This document shows positions 1-10,504 of a stretch of DNA of 64,000 nucleotides, in pieces. This DNA comes from Candidatus Babeliales bacterium (lineage in GTDB: Bacteria; Babelota; Babeliae; Babelales; JANWKD01). The number at the start of each line of letters is the position of its first letter. Positions within the stretch are counted from its first letter, which is position 1. The stretch is from the NCBI GenBank assembly GCA_963762115.1, contig CAVXJH010000003.1, positions 522,418 to 586,417 of the forward strand, in the 5' to 3' direction. Both the position numbers and the translations under genes were made by a program. The notes under the pieces are model-generated. The model did not search any database and was not told where the DNA came from. It was given only the letters and a program-made list of their open reading frames with translations.

Positions 1-1
1 A

Positions 2-2584
2 CACCATTTAATTGATTATGGTGCACGTGGTGATATTCAAGATAAAAGTGGCAATACACCCTATTCACTTGCTTGTGATTATTCTCTCAGTGATATTGTA
101 AACCGTATTAAACCCGAAAAAACAACTCCAGAAAAGGGTAAAGAAATAGAAGAATCTTTAGAGCAACCTCAAACAACCGGAAAACAAAAAGAATATAAGA
201 AAAAATCCCAAAAAGCTTTCACGGTATTATGTCTTACAAATGCTCGTAAAAACAGTGTGGAAACTCAAAAAAAATTATTGACAATGTTCACTGAAGAAAA
301 AGCCCAGTTAAAATCTTCAGCAAAAAAATCATCAACAGCACAAGATGATTGGTATCAATTATTCACGGCAGTTTCTGAAAATAATCTTGAAAAGGTAACA
401 CGCCTCCTTGAAGATAAAAATACTGATATCAATGCACAAACACCATCAGATTGGACAGCACTTACCCGTGCTTGTGATCAACTCAATGTTGAAATGGTAG
501 AAAAATTAATTGAACACAATTCTATCATTGTTGATCTTCCCCTTAAAAGAGGTACCACTCCTTTAATGATTGTAGCATCAAAAGTTGCACCCGCTTCACA
601 AGATGATAAAACCGGAAAAAACGCTTTTAAGATTGTAAAATTATTGCTTGAACATGGTGCTCATATTGATGCCCAAGATAATGATGGCGCAACCGCATTA
701 ATCAAGTCTCTTATGAGTGGCAACATTAAAACTGCCAAGCTTCTCATTAAGCTTGGAGCTGATACAACAATAAAAGATAAACATGGGTTTAATGCTCTTT
801 TTTATGCTGCAGGAAAAGGACATCTACCTATTGTTGAAAAATTAATCAAACGTGGCACACCTGTTGATGCAACAACAAAACAATGGAATCCTGTTACTCA
901 GACAATTTCAGAAAGTCATTATGAAATTGCACAATTGTTACAAGCAGAAGCAGCAAAATTATTAGATGAAGTAGAAGAATCTCTTAAAAATCAAGAAACA
1001 GAACAAACGGTTTCTAAAAAAAATAATAATCAAAACAATGTAAGCCTTTGGGAACGATTCAAAAAAAGTATTACAGATTCAACAAAACCGGTAACAAAAG
1101 ATTTTCTCTTTGCGAAAGATCAAAAAAACTTAAAAAAATGGTTAAAAAAGACTACATCAAAATTAAGATACATTCATGCTCATGATATGCAAAATGCAAT
1201 AGAAATAGGCAATGCATTATTATCTAGAAGTTATGAACAAACAAATGAATGGTATTGGGTGACCATTGGGATTTATGAAAAAATTTGTAATGATCATATT
1301 GAAATAATACGTATCTTGACTCAATGGTTATGTGCAAAAAATAGAGGCCTTCCAATGACACCCTTGCACATCGCCATAATGAAAGGTTCAACAAGAGTAG
1401 CTCAATGGTTAATTGAAACAAGCAAAGACATTGAATCGGATTCTTATTATGATGGATCCACACCTTTACTATTAGCAATACAAAAAAACGAATCTAAAAT
1501 TGTTCAATTATTAATCGAAGCCAGTGTTGATTTAAACAAAAGTAATAATGATGGAATAACACCATTAATGACAACAATTGCAAACAAGCAACCAGAAATT
1601 GCACGATTATTAATCGAAGCTGGAGTTGATGTAAATAAAGAACAAGATAATAATCTCTCTTTATTAATGTTAGCAATTGCACATAAACAAACAGAAATTG
1701 TTCAATTATTAATTAAAGCCTGTGCTGACGTTAATAAAAGTTGTAATGGAATGCAACCATTAACACTAGCAATAAGCAATAATGAACCAGAAATTACTCA
1801 ATTGCTCATACAAACTGGTGCAGATATTGATAAAGAGGATAATAATGGACTTACACCATTATTATTGGCAATACTAAAGAATCAACCAGAAATTGCTCGA
1901 TTATTAATTGAAGCTGGTGCCGATGTAAATAAACCTGATAATGATGATTGCACACCATTAATAAGTGCAATTGTAAATAACCAATTAGAGATTGCTCAAT
2001 TATTAATTAAAGCCAGGGCAAATGTTAACGTTAATCTTCCCGATAGAACAGGAATTGCCCACAAAAGCTTAAGTCTCTTAGAATATATAGCTAAGCAACC
2101 AAAATTACTAGAAATTTTTTCCTGTATTCTTGTTCATAATGCTGACCTGAGTGAAGCAACAAAACTAAAAATGCGAGTATGGGCAATTGAGGAAAACAAT
2201 CAAAAAGCAATTGAAACATTAGACGCTTTTAATATTGATTATGATCTTGGTGGTTTTTATAAAATTTCTAAAGATGATCAACAAAACAAACAAACTGCCA
2301 ATAATCCAAGAAGGACGATTGTTCATGCCATTGAAAAATCAACAGGGAAACCGACTGATTTAATAGAATTAATTGAAGTACTTGATAAATACAATATGCT
2401 TAATCAAGAAGCTATGGAAGATATTGAAGAAGCAGCCAATCAAAAAGCATCCATAGCAGCAAACCAAAGGGCATTTTTATTATCCAGGGTACGTGATAAT
2501 TTAACCCGTTTAAATACTATGCAAGAACATATACATCAACTGCAGCAGTCTAAACAAAATCCACCTTCTAAAGGAGATAAATAG
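2..2584 (+). CDS. Large ankyrin-repeat protein, 5' end beyond window edge
   Basis: Many TPL..A / GADVN repeats. Frame is open from base 2 (HHLIDYGARGDIQDKSGNTP), so the GTG at 257 is not the true start. Paralog of 19277-22237. Confidence 0.9.
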   Translation, partial: HHLIDYGARGDIQDKSGNTPYSLACDYSLSDIVNRIKPEKTTPEKGKEIEESLEQPQTTGKQKEYKKKSQKAFTVLCLTNARKNSVETQKKLLTMFTEEKAQLKSSAKKSSTAQDDWYQLFTAVSENNLEKVTRLLEDKNTDINAQTPSDWTALTRACDQLNVEMVEKLIEHNSIIVDLPLKRGTTPLMIVASKVAPASQDDKTGKNAFKIVKLLLEHGAHIDAQDNDGATALIKSLMSGNIKTAKLLIKLGADTTIKDKHGFNALFYAAGKGHLPIVEKLIKRGTPVDATTKQWNPVTQTISESHYEIAQLLQAEAAKLLDEVEESLKNQETEQTVSKKNNNQNNVSLWERFKKSITDSTKPVTKDFLFAKDQKNLKKWLKKTTSKLRYIHAHDMQNAIEIGNALLSRSYEQTNEWYWVTIGIYEKICNDHIEIIRILTQWLCAKNRGLPMTPLHIAIMKGSTRVAQWLIETSKDIESDSYYDGSTPLLLAIQKNESKIVQLLIEASVDLNKSNNDGITPLMTTIANKQPEIARLLIEAGVDVNKEQDNNLSLLMLAIAHKQTEIVQLLIKACADVNKSCNGMQPLTLAISNNEPEITQLLIQTGADIDKEDNNGLTPLLLAILKNQPEIARLLIEAGADVNKPDNDDCTPLISAIVNNQLEIAQLLIKARANVNVNLPDRTGIAHKSLSLLEYIAKQPKLLEIFSCILVHNADLSEATKLKMRVWAIEENNQKAIETLDAFNIDYDLGGFYKISKDDQQNKQTANNPRRTIVHAIEKSTGKPTDLIELIEVLDKYNMLNQEAMEDIEEAANQKASIAANQRAFLLSRVRDNLTRLNTMQEHIHQLQQSKQNPPSKGDK

Positions 2585-2627
2585 TTCCAAACAACTTTGA
2601 TAAATTTCCAGGACATTAAAATTATTT

Positions 2628-2672
2628 AAGACGAGAGAGATCAATCATTTTTTTGATCTCCCTCGTCTTTTT
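2628..2672 (+). terminator. Intrinsic terminator
   Basis: aagacgagagagatcaa / ttgatctccctcgtctt stem followed by Ts, downstream of the ankyrin gene. Confidence 0.7.
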
Positions 2673-2766
2673 AGTATTGTCATATCAACTATAACCTTGC
2701 GCTTTATTCCCCCGTTATGTTTGTCTCATAAATGAATATCATCATTGTTAGTAATAAGGCTTTAAT

Positions 2767-3288
2767 ATGTTAAAAACAATAATTTTTCGTACAATATTAG
2801 CAATTCATTCAGCGCTTGTATTTCACGAACTGAATGCTGTATGTCCCGTTTGTACTCTTGCCGTGGGAGCAGGAGTAAGTCTATCAAAATGGTTAGGCAT
2901 TGATGACACTATTACAGGCTTATGGATTGGCGCATTAACAGCATCAATGATAGCTTGGACCGTTACTCTTTTATCACGCTATAACATTCGCTTTTATGGT
3001 AGAAAAATTTTAGTAACAACAAGCTACTTTGCTCTTACCCTTTGGCCCTTATATCACAAACATTTAATTGGCAATCCTTTAAACACCTTATGGGGATTCG
3101 ATAAACTTTTATTAGGCATAGTTATGGGTGTCATACTCTTTACTATAAGCTGCCTTTGGTATTATTACCTCAAATTAAAAAACAAAGGGCATGCTTATTT
3201 TCCTTTCCAAAAAATTGCTATGCCTATCGGGTTTCTTTGTGTTGGCAGTATTATTTTTTACCTTATTGTGAGATGTAATGGAAAATAA
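2767..3288 (+). CDS. Membrane protein with CPVC (CxxC) motif
   Basis: CPVCTLAVGAG motif followed by several hydrophobic helices. Confidence 0.7.
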   Translation: MLKTIIFRTILAIHSALVFHELNAVCPVCTLAVGAGVSLSKWLGIDDTITGLWIGALTASMIAWTVTLLSRYNIRFYGRKILVTTSYFALTLWPLYHKHLIGNPLNTLWGFDKLLLGIVMGVILFTISCLWYYYLKLKNKGHAYFPFQKIAMPIGFLCVGSIIFYLIVRCNGK

Positions 3289-3865
3289 AATTAAAGATTT
3301 AAATGAGTTAATTGCAAAAGTAGATCAGATGAAAAAAAAAGATAAAATGGATCTTTCATCTGATCAAGATCTCAGCATTGCCATTATGAACCTCATCAGC
3401 ATAGAAGAACATCTTTTCTTTTCCGGCGCAAAAACAGGCAAATCTGCCTATTACGATTTAATCTATGAAGTTCGCAACATGCGTAAGGAACTGTTAAAAA
3501 AAATGATTAAAGAGTATGAAGGCGAAGTTTGGTGTATATCAAAACATCTTTTGGCATCCTCAATGCGCCTCATGGAAGTAGGCACAAAACAACTTGATAT
3601 GGGCAATAAAAAAGAAGCCTATGATCTTTTTGGAAAAGCTTATGATCTTTATGCCCTTTTTTGGGGTCTTAATATGCAACTCATTACTTCTGAAACCGTT
3701 AAAAAACATGCTATCGATCCAATTAATAACACTGCTGCCAATAATGATCCCCTTAAGAATGACCCCAATAACAATAGTTCATTGCATAACTCTGAAGAGA
3801 AAAAAGGGGTTATGAGATTGCTCGGAAAATTGGTAAAAATGGCGATTGATTGTTGTCTTGAATAA
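3278..3865 (+). CDS. Hypothetical protein with WCxSKH motif and C-terminal CCLE
   Basis: Overlaps upstream gene by 11 nt; 195 aa ORF. Confidence 0.65.
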   Translation: MENKIKDLNELIAKVDQMKKKDKMDLSSDQDLSIAIMNLISIEEHLFFSGAKTGKSAYYDLIYEVRNMRKELLKKMIKEYEGEVWCISKHLLASSMRLMEVGTKQLDMGNKKEAYDLFGKAYDLYALFWGLNMQLITSETVKKHAIDPINNTAANNDPLKNDPNNNSSLHNSEEKKGVMRLLGKLVKMAIDCCLE

Positions 3866-3986
3866 TGTATATAGTATGTTTTACTTAATCATGCAATAAA
3901 TACCTATCTTGCACAGACGCCATTAAAGTAACCCAATTTTAATATTGATCATTGTATGATACTATAAAAGCATAAGAAAGGCTTTT

Positions 3987-5195
3987 ATGGATCACTTACG
4001 CAAAGATTTTCCCATTTTCTCATCATCGCCACAGCCGTTTATTTATTTTGATAATGCTGCAACAACTCAGAAACCTGAATCGGTTATTGAAGCAATGAGC
4101 AATTTCTACCGCACAGACTATGCCACCGTGAATCGCAGTATGTATGCACGAGCAGAAAAAGCTACCGAAAAATATGAAGCCGTGCGAGCACAAGTAGCTT
4201 CTTTTATTGGTGCAGAACCATCAGAAATTGTTTTCACCAAAGGGGCAACTGAAAGCATTAATATGGTTGCAACTGCATGGGGTAGAGAAAATATAAAAAC
4301 AGGCGATGAAATTGTACTCAGTGAGCTGGAACATCATGCCAACTTATTGCCTTGGCAACAGATTGCACAAAAAACGGGGGCAATGCTGAAATTTATTCCC
4401 ATAACTTCAGATGGCACTTTAGCTTTAGACAAACTTACCGAAATTATAACGCCAAAAACCAAATTAGTGAGCATTATTCATGTCTCCAATGCTCTAGGAA
4501 CTCATAATGACTTAGAACCCATTATAAAAGCTGCTCATAAAGTCGGCGCTCGAGTTCTTGTTGATGCAGCACAATCAATTGCCCATCAAAAAATTAATGT
4601 AAGCCTAATGAATCCCGATTTCTTAGTGTTTTCAGGGCACAAAATGCTTGGCCCAACCGGCGTTGGTGTTCTCTATATAAAAAAAATAATACAACCTGAG
4701 ATGCCTCCTGCACAGTTTGGAGGCAGTATGGTTTTCCAAGCAACCTACACCGATGCTCAATGGTTACCAGCGCCAGCTTGTTATGAAGCAGGAACTCCTC
4801 CCATTGCTGAAGTTATTGGCCTTGGAGCAGCATTAGAGTATTATATCAAAAACATTGATTTTACAGCGTTAAAAGCTCATGAAACGGCATTAACCGCTCA
4901 TACTATTGCTGGGCTAGAAAAATTCCCGGAAATACGAATTTTGGGCCCTATAAAGCAACTTAAAGAAATGGGTCATATGGTAAGTTTCACCGTTGAAGGG
5001 TATCACCCTCATGATATTGGCGCCTACCTTGATGCGAAGGGCATTGCGGTGCGGACTGGTCATTATTGTGCTCAGCCACTTGCTCAACGATTGGGAATTA
5101 CTGGTTCAATTAGGGTCAGTTTTTCTTGTTATAATACGATTGAAGAAGTTGATTATTTCCTTGAAATAATGAGAAAATTGTTGGGTAAGTCTTAA
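3987..5195 (+). CDS. sufS: Cysteine desulfurase, SufS family
   Basis: DNAATTQKP, EHHAN, SGHK (PLP Lys) and RTGHYCA (group II catalytic Cys) motifs. Confidence 0.93.
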   Translation: MDHLRKDFPIFSSSPQPFIYFDNAATTQKPESVIEAMSNFYRTDYATVNRSMYARAEKATEKYEAVRAQVASFIGAEPSEIVFTKGATESINMVATAWGRENIKTGDEIVLSELEHHANLLPWQQIAQKTGAMLKFIPITSDGTLALDKLTEIITPKTKLVSIIHVSNALGTHNDLEPIIKAAHKVGARVLVDAAQSIAHQKINVSLMNPDFLVFSGHKMLGPTGVGVLYIKKIIQPEMPPAQFGGSMVFQATYTDAQWLPAPACYEAGTPPIAEVIGLGAALEYYIKNIDFTALKAHETALTAHTIAGLEKFPEIRILGPIKQLKEMGHMVSFTVEGYHPHDIGAYLDAKGIAVRTGHYCAQPLAQRLGITGSIRVSFSCYNTIEEVDYFLEIMRKLLGKS

Positions 5196-5261
5196 AATTT
5201 TATAAACATAAATTTTATTATCTCTCGGCCCTATGCGGGCAGCACAAAGGTATTGCGTGCC

Positions 5262-5614
5262 TCCGCCTACGCTTATCCAGGCCTTCAGGCTTGGCAAGCT
5301 TCGTCGGACAGGCAATATACCTTTGATACAAGGGCATCCGCCTTCGCCAAGGCTTCGGCGGACAGGCCAACCCTTCGAAGCGTTAGCGTAGTAGGGCCGC
5401 GCGAATATACACCACTCACTCATTGATGCCTTCAGCATCAAAATTCCAGGTGCACGTCGCACTACCGGACTAACTTATTTATAAAAATTTCGCCATGCAA
5501 CATCTATAAATATTCCGTTGAGCAAGACTGTTAGACGATCTGCAACATCTTTGCGAAGGTTTTCCTGTCCTTCGTAGCTTGCCAAGCCGGAAGGCGTGGA
5601 TAAGCGTAGGAGGA
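5262..5614. repeat. GC-rich palindromic repeat cluster (CCTGTCC-ended family)
   Basis: 5262-5312 and 5564-5614 are inverted copies (45/51); shorter copy at 5334-5367; additional hairpin at 5371-5396. Confidence 0.8.
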
Positions 5615-5719
5615 TGCCTAGCCGGCACGAGGCTTATTTGACAAATTGACTAAAAGAGATTAATTTTAAAACATAATAGTTATTAATAGTTATAATAATT
5701 ACAATTCAGACTATCAGAT

Positions 5720-6886
5720 ATGGAGGTATCAATGATTTTCTTTTCACTACAAAAACGATTTTTTACCCTGCTTTTAGGTGTTTGCCTTGTGGCAATGCCA
5801 ATACTTCAAGCAACTGAACCGGTTGCCACACCCCCAATCACACAAGACACTTGGGGAACTGCTTTGAGTAAAGCATGGAATACAACACTTTTAGTTGCAC
5901 CCACTCTTATTAATACCTGTACAGAAGTAAGTAAATTGTCATCAAACATTCAAAAATATCAAATTGGTGATACAGCAGTTAAACCTGAGATACAAACAGA
6001 AATCCAAAAATTAATGCATGAACAAAATATTCCCAATGCATGCGATATTGAAATAATTGCAATGCGAGGAGCACTCTATCAAATGTCCTTTGCTCATGAC
6101 ACCGCATTACCAACGCCACAATGTGTTCAAGTACAATCAACATTCAAGCATAATGTTCTTGGTGTTTATGTAACTAATGCATGCATCTTTATTGATGAAG
6201 ATATTATTAACTTTGAAAAAAGTCCGTTACTTTCAACATTTTTGATAAAGCATGCTTTAAAAAAATTTAAAAATAATGAGTATAGAAATACCATTTTTGC
6301 AAAAATAGGCTTGGGGTTGGCAAGTGGTGCAGCATTATATAAAACAATACCACTCGTAAACAGCGGTATGCAAAAACTTACCAATGCGGTTGGTTGGACA
6401 TCTTTTAGTGATTCACAAAAAAGTGGCATCTTATTAAATACAGCACGCGTTGCCCTTAATGGGATCGTTTGCCCCATGATTGCACAATCAATCGTTCAAA
6501 AACTTTCATCTCAGGCTTTTGCATGGTATAAACAAAGCACCCATGAAGAAATCGATGAAACATTAGTTGCACAAGATGACATTCTTCCCCTTATTGTTGA
6601 ATTAGCAAAAATTGTTGCTTTCTACCGAGTTGATCCAATCCTTGAACATATTGAAGGACAATTCGCCGGACAAAGACAAGAAGAAGCTCTTGCATGTGCT
6701 TATATGAATGAATTGTGCATATTGGCAAACAAATTGTTCACCACAACAAGTATTATTACCTGGCTTGACAATGAAATGAGTAATCAAGATAATGCCAAAA
6801 CAGCATTTATCTTGAAGCATTATAAAATGAATTTTTTTTCAAAACATCTCAGTGATACAGTCATTGATACGGATGCTAAAAAATAG
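5720..6886 (+). CDS. Hypothetical secreted/membrane protein
   Basis: 388 aa ORF with N-terminal signal peptide; start may be a few codons downstream. Confidence 0.65.
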   Translation: MEVSMIFFSLQKRFFTLLLGVCLVAMPILQATEPVATPPITQDTWGTALSKAWNTTLLVAPTLINTCTEVSKLSSNIQKYQIGDTAVKPEIQTEIQKLMHEQNIPNACDIEIIAMRGALYQMSFAHDTALPTPQCVQVQSTFKHNVLGVYVTNACIFIDEDIINFEKSPLLSTFLIKHALKKFKNNEYRNTIFAKIGLGLASGAALYKTIPLVNSGMQKLTNAVGWTSFSDSQKSGILLNTARVALNGIVCPMIAQSIVQKLSSQAFAWYKQSTHEEIDETLVAQDDILPLIVELAKIVAFYRVDPILEHIEGQFAGQRQEEALACAYMNELCILANKLFTTTSIITWLDNEMSNQDNAKTAFILKHYKMNFFSKHLSDTVIDTDAKK

Positions 6887-6930
6887 TTAATACTAATACT
6901 AGATAATGCTGATGGTTTGCTCCATCAGCA

Positions 6931-7935
6931 TTATTTTTTTGCATCAGAAGCATCTTCTTTCTGACTATTTTCTTCCCAATACTGTATTAAAAAATTCCCA
7001 GCATCACTATTTTTATTCTTTTGTGCATAAAACAAGGGAGTCATTTGATAATCATCAAGGCTCAAACTTTCTGCATCAAAATTCAATAATAATTGCACCG
7101 ATTTAACATTACCCGCTCGCATTACCTTATGCAGTGCCGTTTGCCCACACTTATTTTTTTCATTAACCGTTGCTTTGTTTTTTTCAAGCAATAACAATAA
7201 CCCTTTATAAAAACCCCAATCTGCCGCATTATGCAAAGGAATATTGCCATATCGTCCTACACAGGTTTCCTGAGCACCATGAGCAAGCAACCGCGTCATA
7301 ATCTCCACATACTCCTTTTTTGTGCCTCTTTTTGGTGCTTTATTTGGCGTGAATGATACTGAATTTGGCAAAGGGTCTTCCATAAAAAAAGCATAATCAT
7401 AATGCATAAAACCATTTTCAATAGTACCCTTTATTTCATGACAATAACCTCGTAACGCTGCTAAATGCAAAGGTGTATCACCATGAATACTAACACATTG
7501 CACATCAGCATTGCGCTCAAGAAGTAATTTTGTAACATCAGAAAATCCCCATGTTGCAGCCTTATGAAGTGCCGTTTCTTGCAGGCAATCACCTTTGTTT
7601 ATATCCATGGAAGGATAATAATCCAATAACTTCTTAACTGTTGGCAAGCTTAACGGGTTAGGATATAGCAACACAAAATAATGTAAAATACTCAAACGGT
7701 TCCAAGTTTGAGCAACATAATGATGATCAAGATATGCATAGAGTTCATTTGGCATTCTAATACGACATATATCAATAATTGATTCATCACCTTTTTTCAA
7801 AGAAGTAATGATGACGTCAGTTACCATCTTTTTTAATGACGGCATCACCGGCTTTTTTTGATTCTCCATACCAAGAAGATTATCAACAAACGCAACGAGG
7901 AAAAATAATAATAGATAGAATTCTGTTCTTTTCAT
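6931..7935 (-). CDS. Signal-peptide ankyrin-repeat protein
   Basis: ETALHKAA, DTPLHLAA, QTALHK repeats; signal peptide followed by GME. Confidence 0.88.
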   Translation of the reverse strand: MKRTEFYLLLFFLVAFVDNLLGMENQKKPVMPSLKKMVTDVIITSLKKGDESIIDICRIRMPNELYAYLDHHYVAQTWNRLSILHYFVLLYPNPLSLPTVKKLLDYYPSMDINKGDCLQETALHKAATWGFSDVTKLLLERNADVQCVSIHGDTPLHLAALRGYCHEIKGTIENGFMHYDYAFFMEDPLPNSVSFTPNKAPKRGTKKEYVEIMTRLLAHGAQETCVGRYGNIPLHNAADWGFYKGLLLLLEKNKATVNEKNKCGQTALHKVMRAGNVKSVQLLLNFDAESLSLDDYQMTPLFYAQKNKNSDAGNFLIQYWEENSQKEDASDAKK

Positions 7936-8027
7936 TTCTTTAAAACAATAGTAAAATTAAAAAAAATAACCTAACAGTAATAAGTATAACAATCTCTTAC
8001 TCTCACGTCATTAATTTCTAAACATTC

Positions 8028-8387
8028 ATGGGCACATATATGATAAAAAAAATACTCACTATACTCTTTTATATATGCTCTGCGACCTCACTATCATGCA
8101 GAACATTGCCTCAATTTACCAAAAATACCGAATTAACTTTTATTGATACGCTCACTATTTATTCAGAAGCAAAAGCACTTTTTGTTACCCGTTTAGCAGC
8201 AGTAAAATTATTTGAAATTAATGGTCACTGCTATGATTATGATACGATATTTACCGGTAAACCGCGGGAAATTCATTGGATAGACAATACCCAACGTGGG
8301 TTTCCTCGTGGCTTTTTATATGATTTGGATAAAGATGATGCTCCTCTTATTGAACCGATAGGCTATAATAAAAACTTTATGCAATAG
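8028..8387 (+). CDS. Hypothetical exported protein
   Basis: 119 aa ORF with hydrophobic N-terminus. Confidence 0.55.
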   Translation: MGTYMIKKILTILFYICSATSLSCRTLPQFTKNTELTFIDTLTIYSEAKALFVTRLAAVKLFEINGHCYDYDTIFTGKPREIHWIDNTQRGFPRGFLYDLDKDDAPLIEPIGYNKNFMQ

Positions 8388-8491
8388 TAAGACTTCTTAT
8401 TTTTTCATAAAAAATCAAAGTGTTCTTGCTTTCTTCAAAAAATCTTCTTTATACTCAAATTTGTGAGCACAATAAGGGTGAGGGGGAAGAT

Positions 8492-9184
8492 GTGGAAAAA
8501 AATAAGTATATACGGATTTGTATTGCCGTATTTTTTTTCCTTTTAATTATTACCGCTTATATCTTTAGAATTGATAAAAAAATTTCCCTTACTTTTTTGC
8601 AAGAACATCATCAACGCATACAAGAATTTATTACGCAGAACTATTTTCTTTCTCTTATGGGGTATATAATTTTATATATAGCATTTATCATAGTAATGCT
8701 GCCGATAACCATTTTGTTCAATATTGCTTCAGGATATTTCTTTGGTGTGGTACTAGGAACGGTGTATAGCGTTATTGGTTGCGTGATAGGCTCATTAGCT
8801 TCATTCTTAATTTTCAGGTATATTTTACGTGACTGGGCAACTAAACGATATCATAAAAGGCTTATACATGTTGAGCAAGAGTTTGATAAGCATGGTGCTT
8901 GGTATATTCTTTCGCTACAATTGTTTCCGATAACACCTTTTGCCATTATTAATACTATTGCAGGATTATCGCACATCCCCGCTTGGAAATTTATGGGCAT
9001 TTCGTGTATCGGCGTTACGCCCTATATCTTTTTGAATGCTTTTGCAGGGAGAAAATTAGTAGAAATTAGAACTCTTAAAGATGTGCTATCGCCTTGGTTT
9101 ATTGGAATTTTTGTGGGACTTTCATTATGTGCTCTTGCACCCACGTTGATACAATACATAAAAACAAAGTTAAAAAAACAATGA
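8492..9184 (+). CDS. TVP38/TMEM64 (DedA/VTT family) membrane protein
   Basis: SGYFFG..LG and L.LFPITPF..IN..AG motifs; GTG start after GGGGG-type RBS. Confidence 0.85.
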   Translation: MEKNKYIRICIAVFFFLLIITAYIFRIDKKISLTFLQEHHQRIQEFITQNYFLSLMGYIILYIAFIIVMLPITILFNIASGYFFGVVLGTVYSVIGCVIGSLASFLIFRYILRDWATKRYHKRLIHVEQEFDKHGAWYILSLQLFPITPFAIINTIAGLSHIPAWKFMGISCIGVTPYIFLNAFAGRKLVEIRTLKDVLSPWFIGIFVGLSLCALAPTLIQYIKTKLKKQ

Positions 9185-9930
9185 CTATGACCTTACAGCA
9201 AAAACTTCTTTTTATTGTTAATAATCACAAAAAACAACTCTTTGGCGCTCTTATTTTTCTCATAAGCATCATACTGCTTAAAATTTTTGGCATAACCGAT
9301 TATTTTACCCTCGACTATCTACACACGAATATTGCCCATTTACATATGCTCATCCAAAATAACTATTTCAATGCCATTGCCGTTTATTTATTGTGCTACA
9401 TCAGCGCTTCGGCATTATCCATTCCCGGATCAACCTTTTTTTTAACCGCATCTGGATTTTTATTTGGCACCATCATCGGCTTTTTTTTGGCGGTTATTGG
9501 CGCAACTACGGGCGGACTTATGCTTTTTTTTACTTCACGCTATATGATTGGCTCATGGGTTCAACGTTATTTTGGCCCACAATTAACAAGATTTAATATA
9601 GAAATTGGCCATCATGGTTTTTATTATTTACTCATGATTCGCCTCATTGGCATACTACCCTTTTTTATCGTTAATTTGTTATCGGGGATTACCCTTATCC
9701 GACCATTCACTTTTGTATGGACAACCTGCATTGGCATGATGCCCTTTGCTTTAACCTATGCATTTATTGGTGCACAATTAGCACAACTCGACACAATAAC
9801 CTATACAGGATCACCTGCCATTATTGCAGCACTAATACTATTTTTTATTTTTAAGATAGTTCTCGTTCCCTTGTTTTATAAAAAAATAAAACAACGACGA
9901 GCACGCGTAAGAGCGAAAAAAGAAAGTTAG
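9181..9930 (+). CDS. TVP38/TMEM64 (DedA/VTT family) membrane protein, tandem paralog
   Basis: IPG...SGFLFG and IRLIGILPFFIVN motifs; ATGA overlap with upstream stop. Confidence 0.85.
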   Translation: MTMTLQQKLLFIVNNHKKQLFGALIFLISIILLKIFGITDYFTLDYLHTNIAHLHMLIQNNYFNAIAVYLLCYISASALSIPGSTFFLTASGFLFGTIIGFFLAVIGATTGGLMLFFTSRYMIGSWVQRYFGPQLTRFNIEIGHHGFYYLLMIRLIGILPFFIVNLLSGITLIRPFTFVWTTCIGMMPFALTYAFIGAQLAQLDTITYTGSPAIIAALILFFIFKIVLVPLFYKKIKQRRARVRAKKES

Positions 9931-9931
9931 A

Positions 9932-10258
9932 TTATCGCTGCACTGGTAATTTGCCATATTCATACAAAATACAAAATATAAAACCAATGCCTAATAGAGC
10001 AATACTCGCGCTAATAAGGTGACCAGCAAATCTTATTCTTTTATCACAAAATTCGGCAATCTGAACATTAGTAATTTTACCGTCAGAATCTTTTGTTGTT
10101 ATTTGAAAAGAAGGATATTCGGCACAAGGAATACCCAAAAAATAATCGGTTTGAACCGGAGCTAATTTAATAATTTTTGTCGATGTTACACGTGGAACAG
10201 CCTCAAAAAAACTGCACATTAAAATCAGAATGGCCAATAATAGCCTATTTATTTTCAT
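9932..10258 (-). CDS. Hypothetical membrane protein
   Basis: Signal peptide and C-terminal TM; GGAG RBS. Confidence 0.55.
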   Translation of the reverse strand: MKINRLLLAILILMCSFFEAVPRVTSTKIIKLAPVQTDYFLGIPCAEYPSFQITTKDSDGKITNVQIAEFCDKRIRFAGHLISASIALLGIGFIFCILYEYGKLPVQR

Positions 10259-10504
10259 AATAACTCCATTTTACTGATAAGATAACCTCAATATAACTAT
10301 TTTATCAAAAATGGAAAAAATGACAATCAATATATGCTTATTTGTAAATAATAGGCAGAAAATGGTCACTTAACCCTGGTTATTCATAAAATACAGGGTG
10401 TTTTATGCCTTAACCTATAAATGTGCTGCAAAACATTGTAAACTTACTATTAAGGCAAATTCGATAAAAACGTGCTGATAGCAAAAAAACGTAAAAAACA
10501 GAGG

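Noticed and set aside
5106..5462. 118-aa minus-strand ORF
   Set aside because: Open frame through GC-rich repeats and antisense to sufS.
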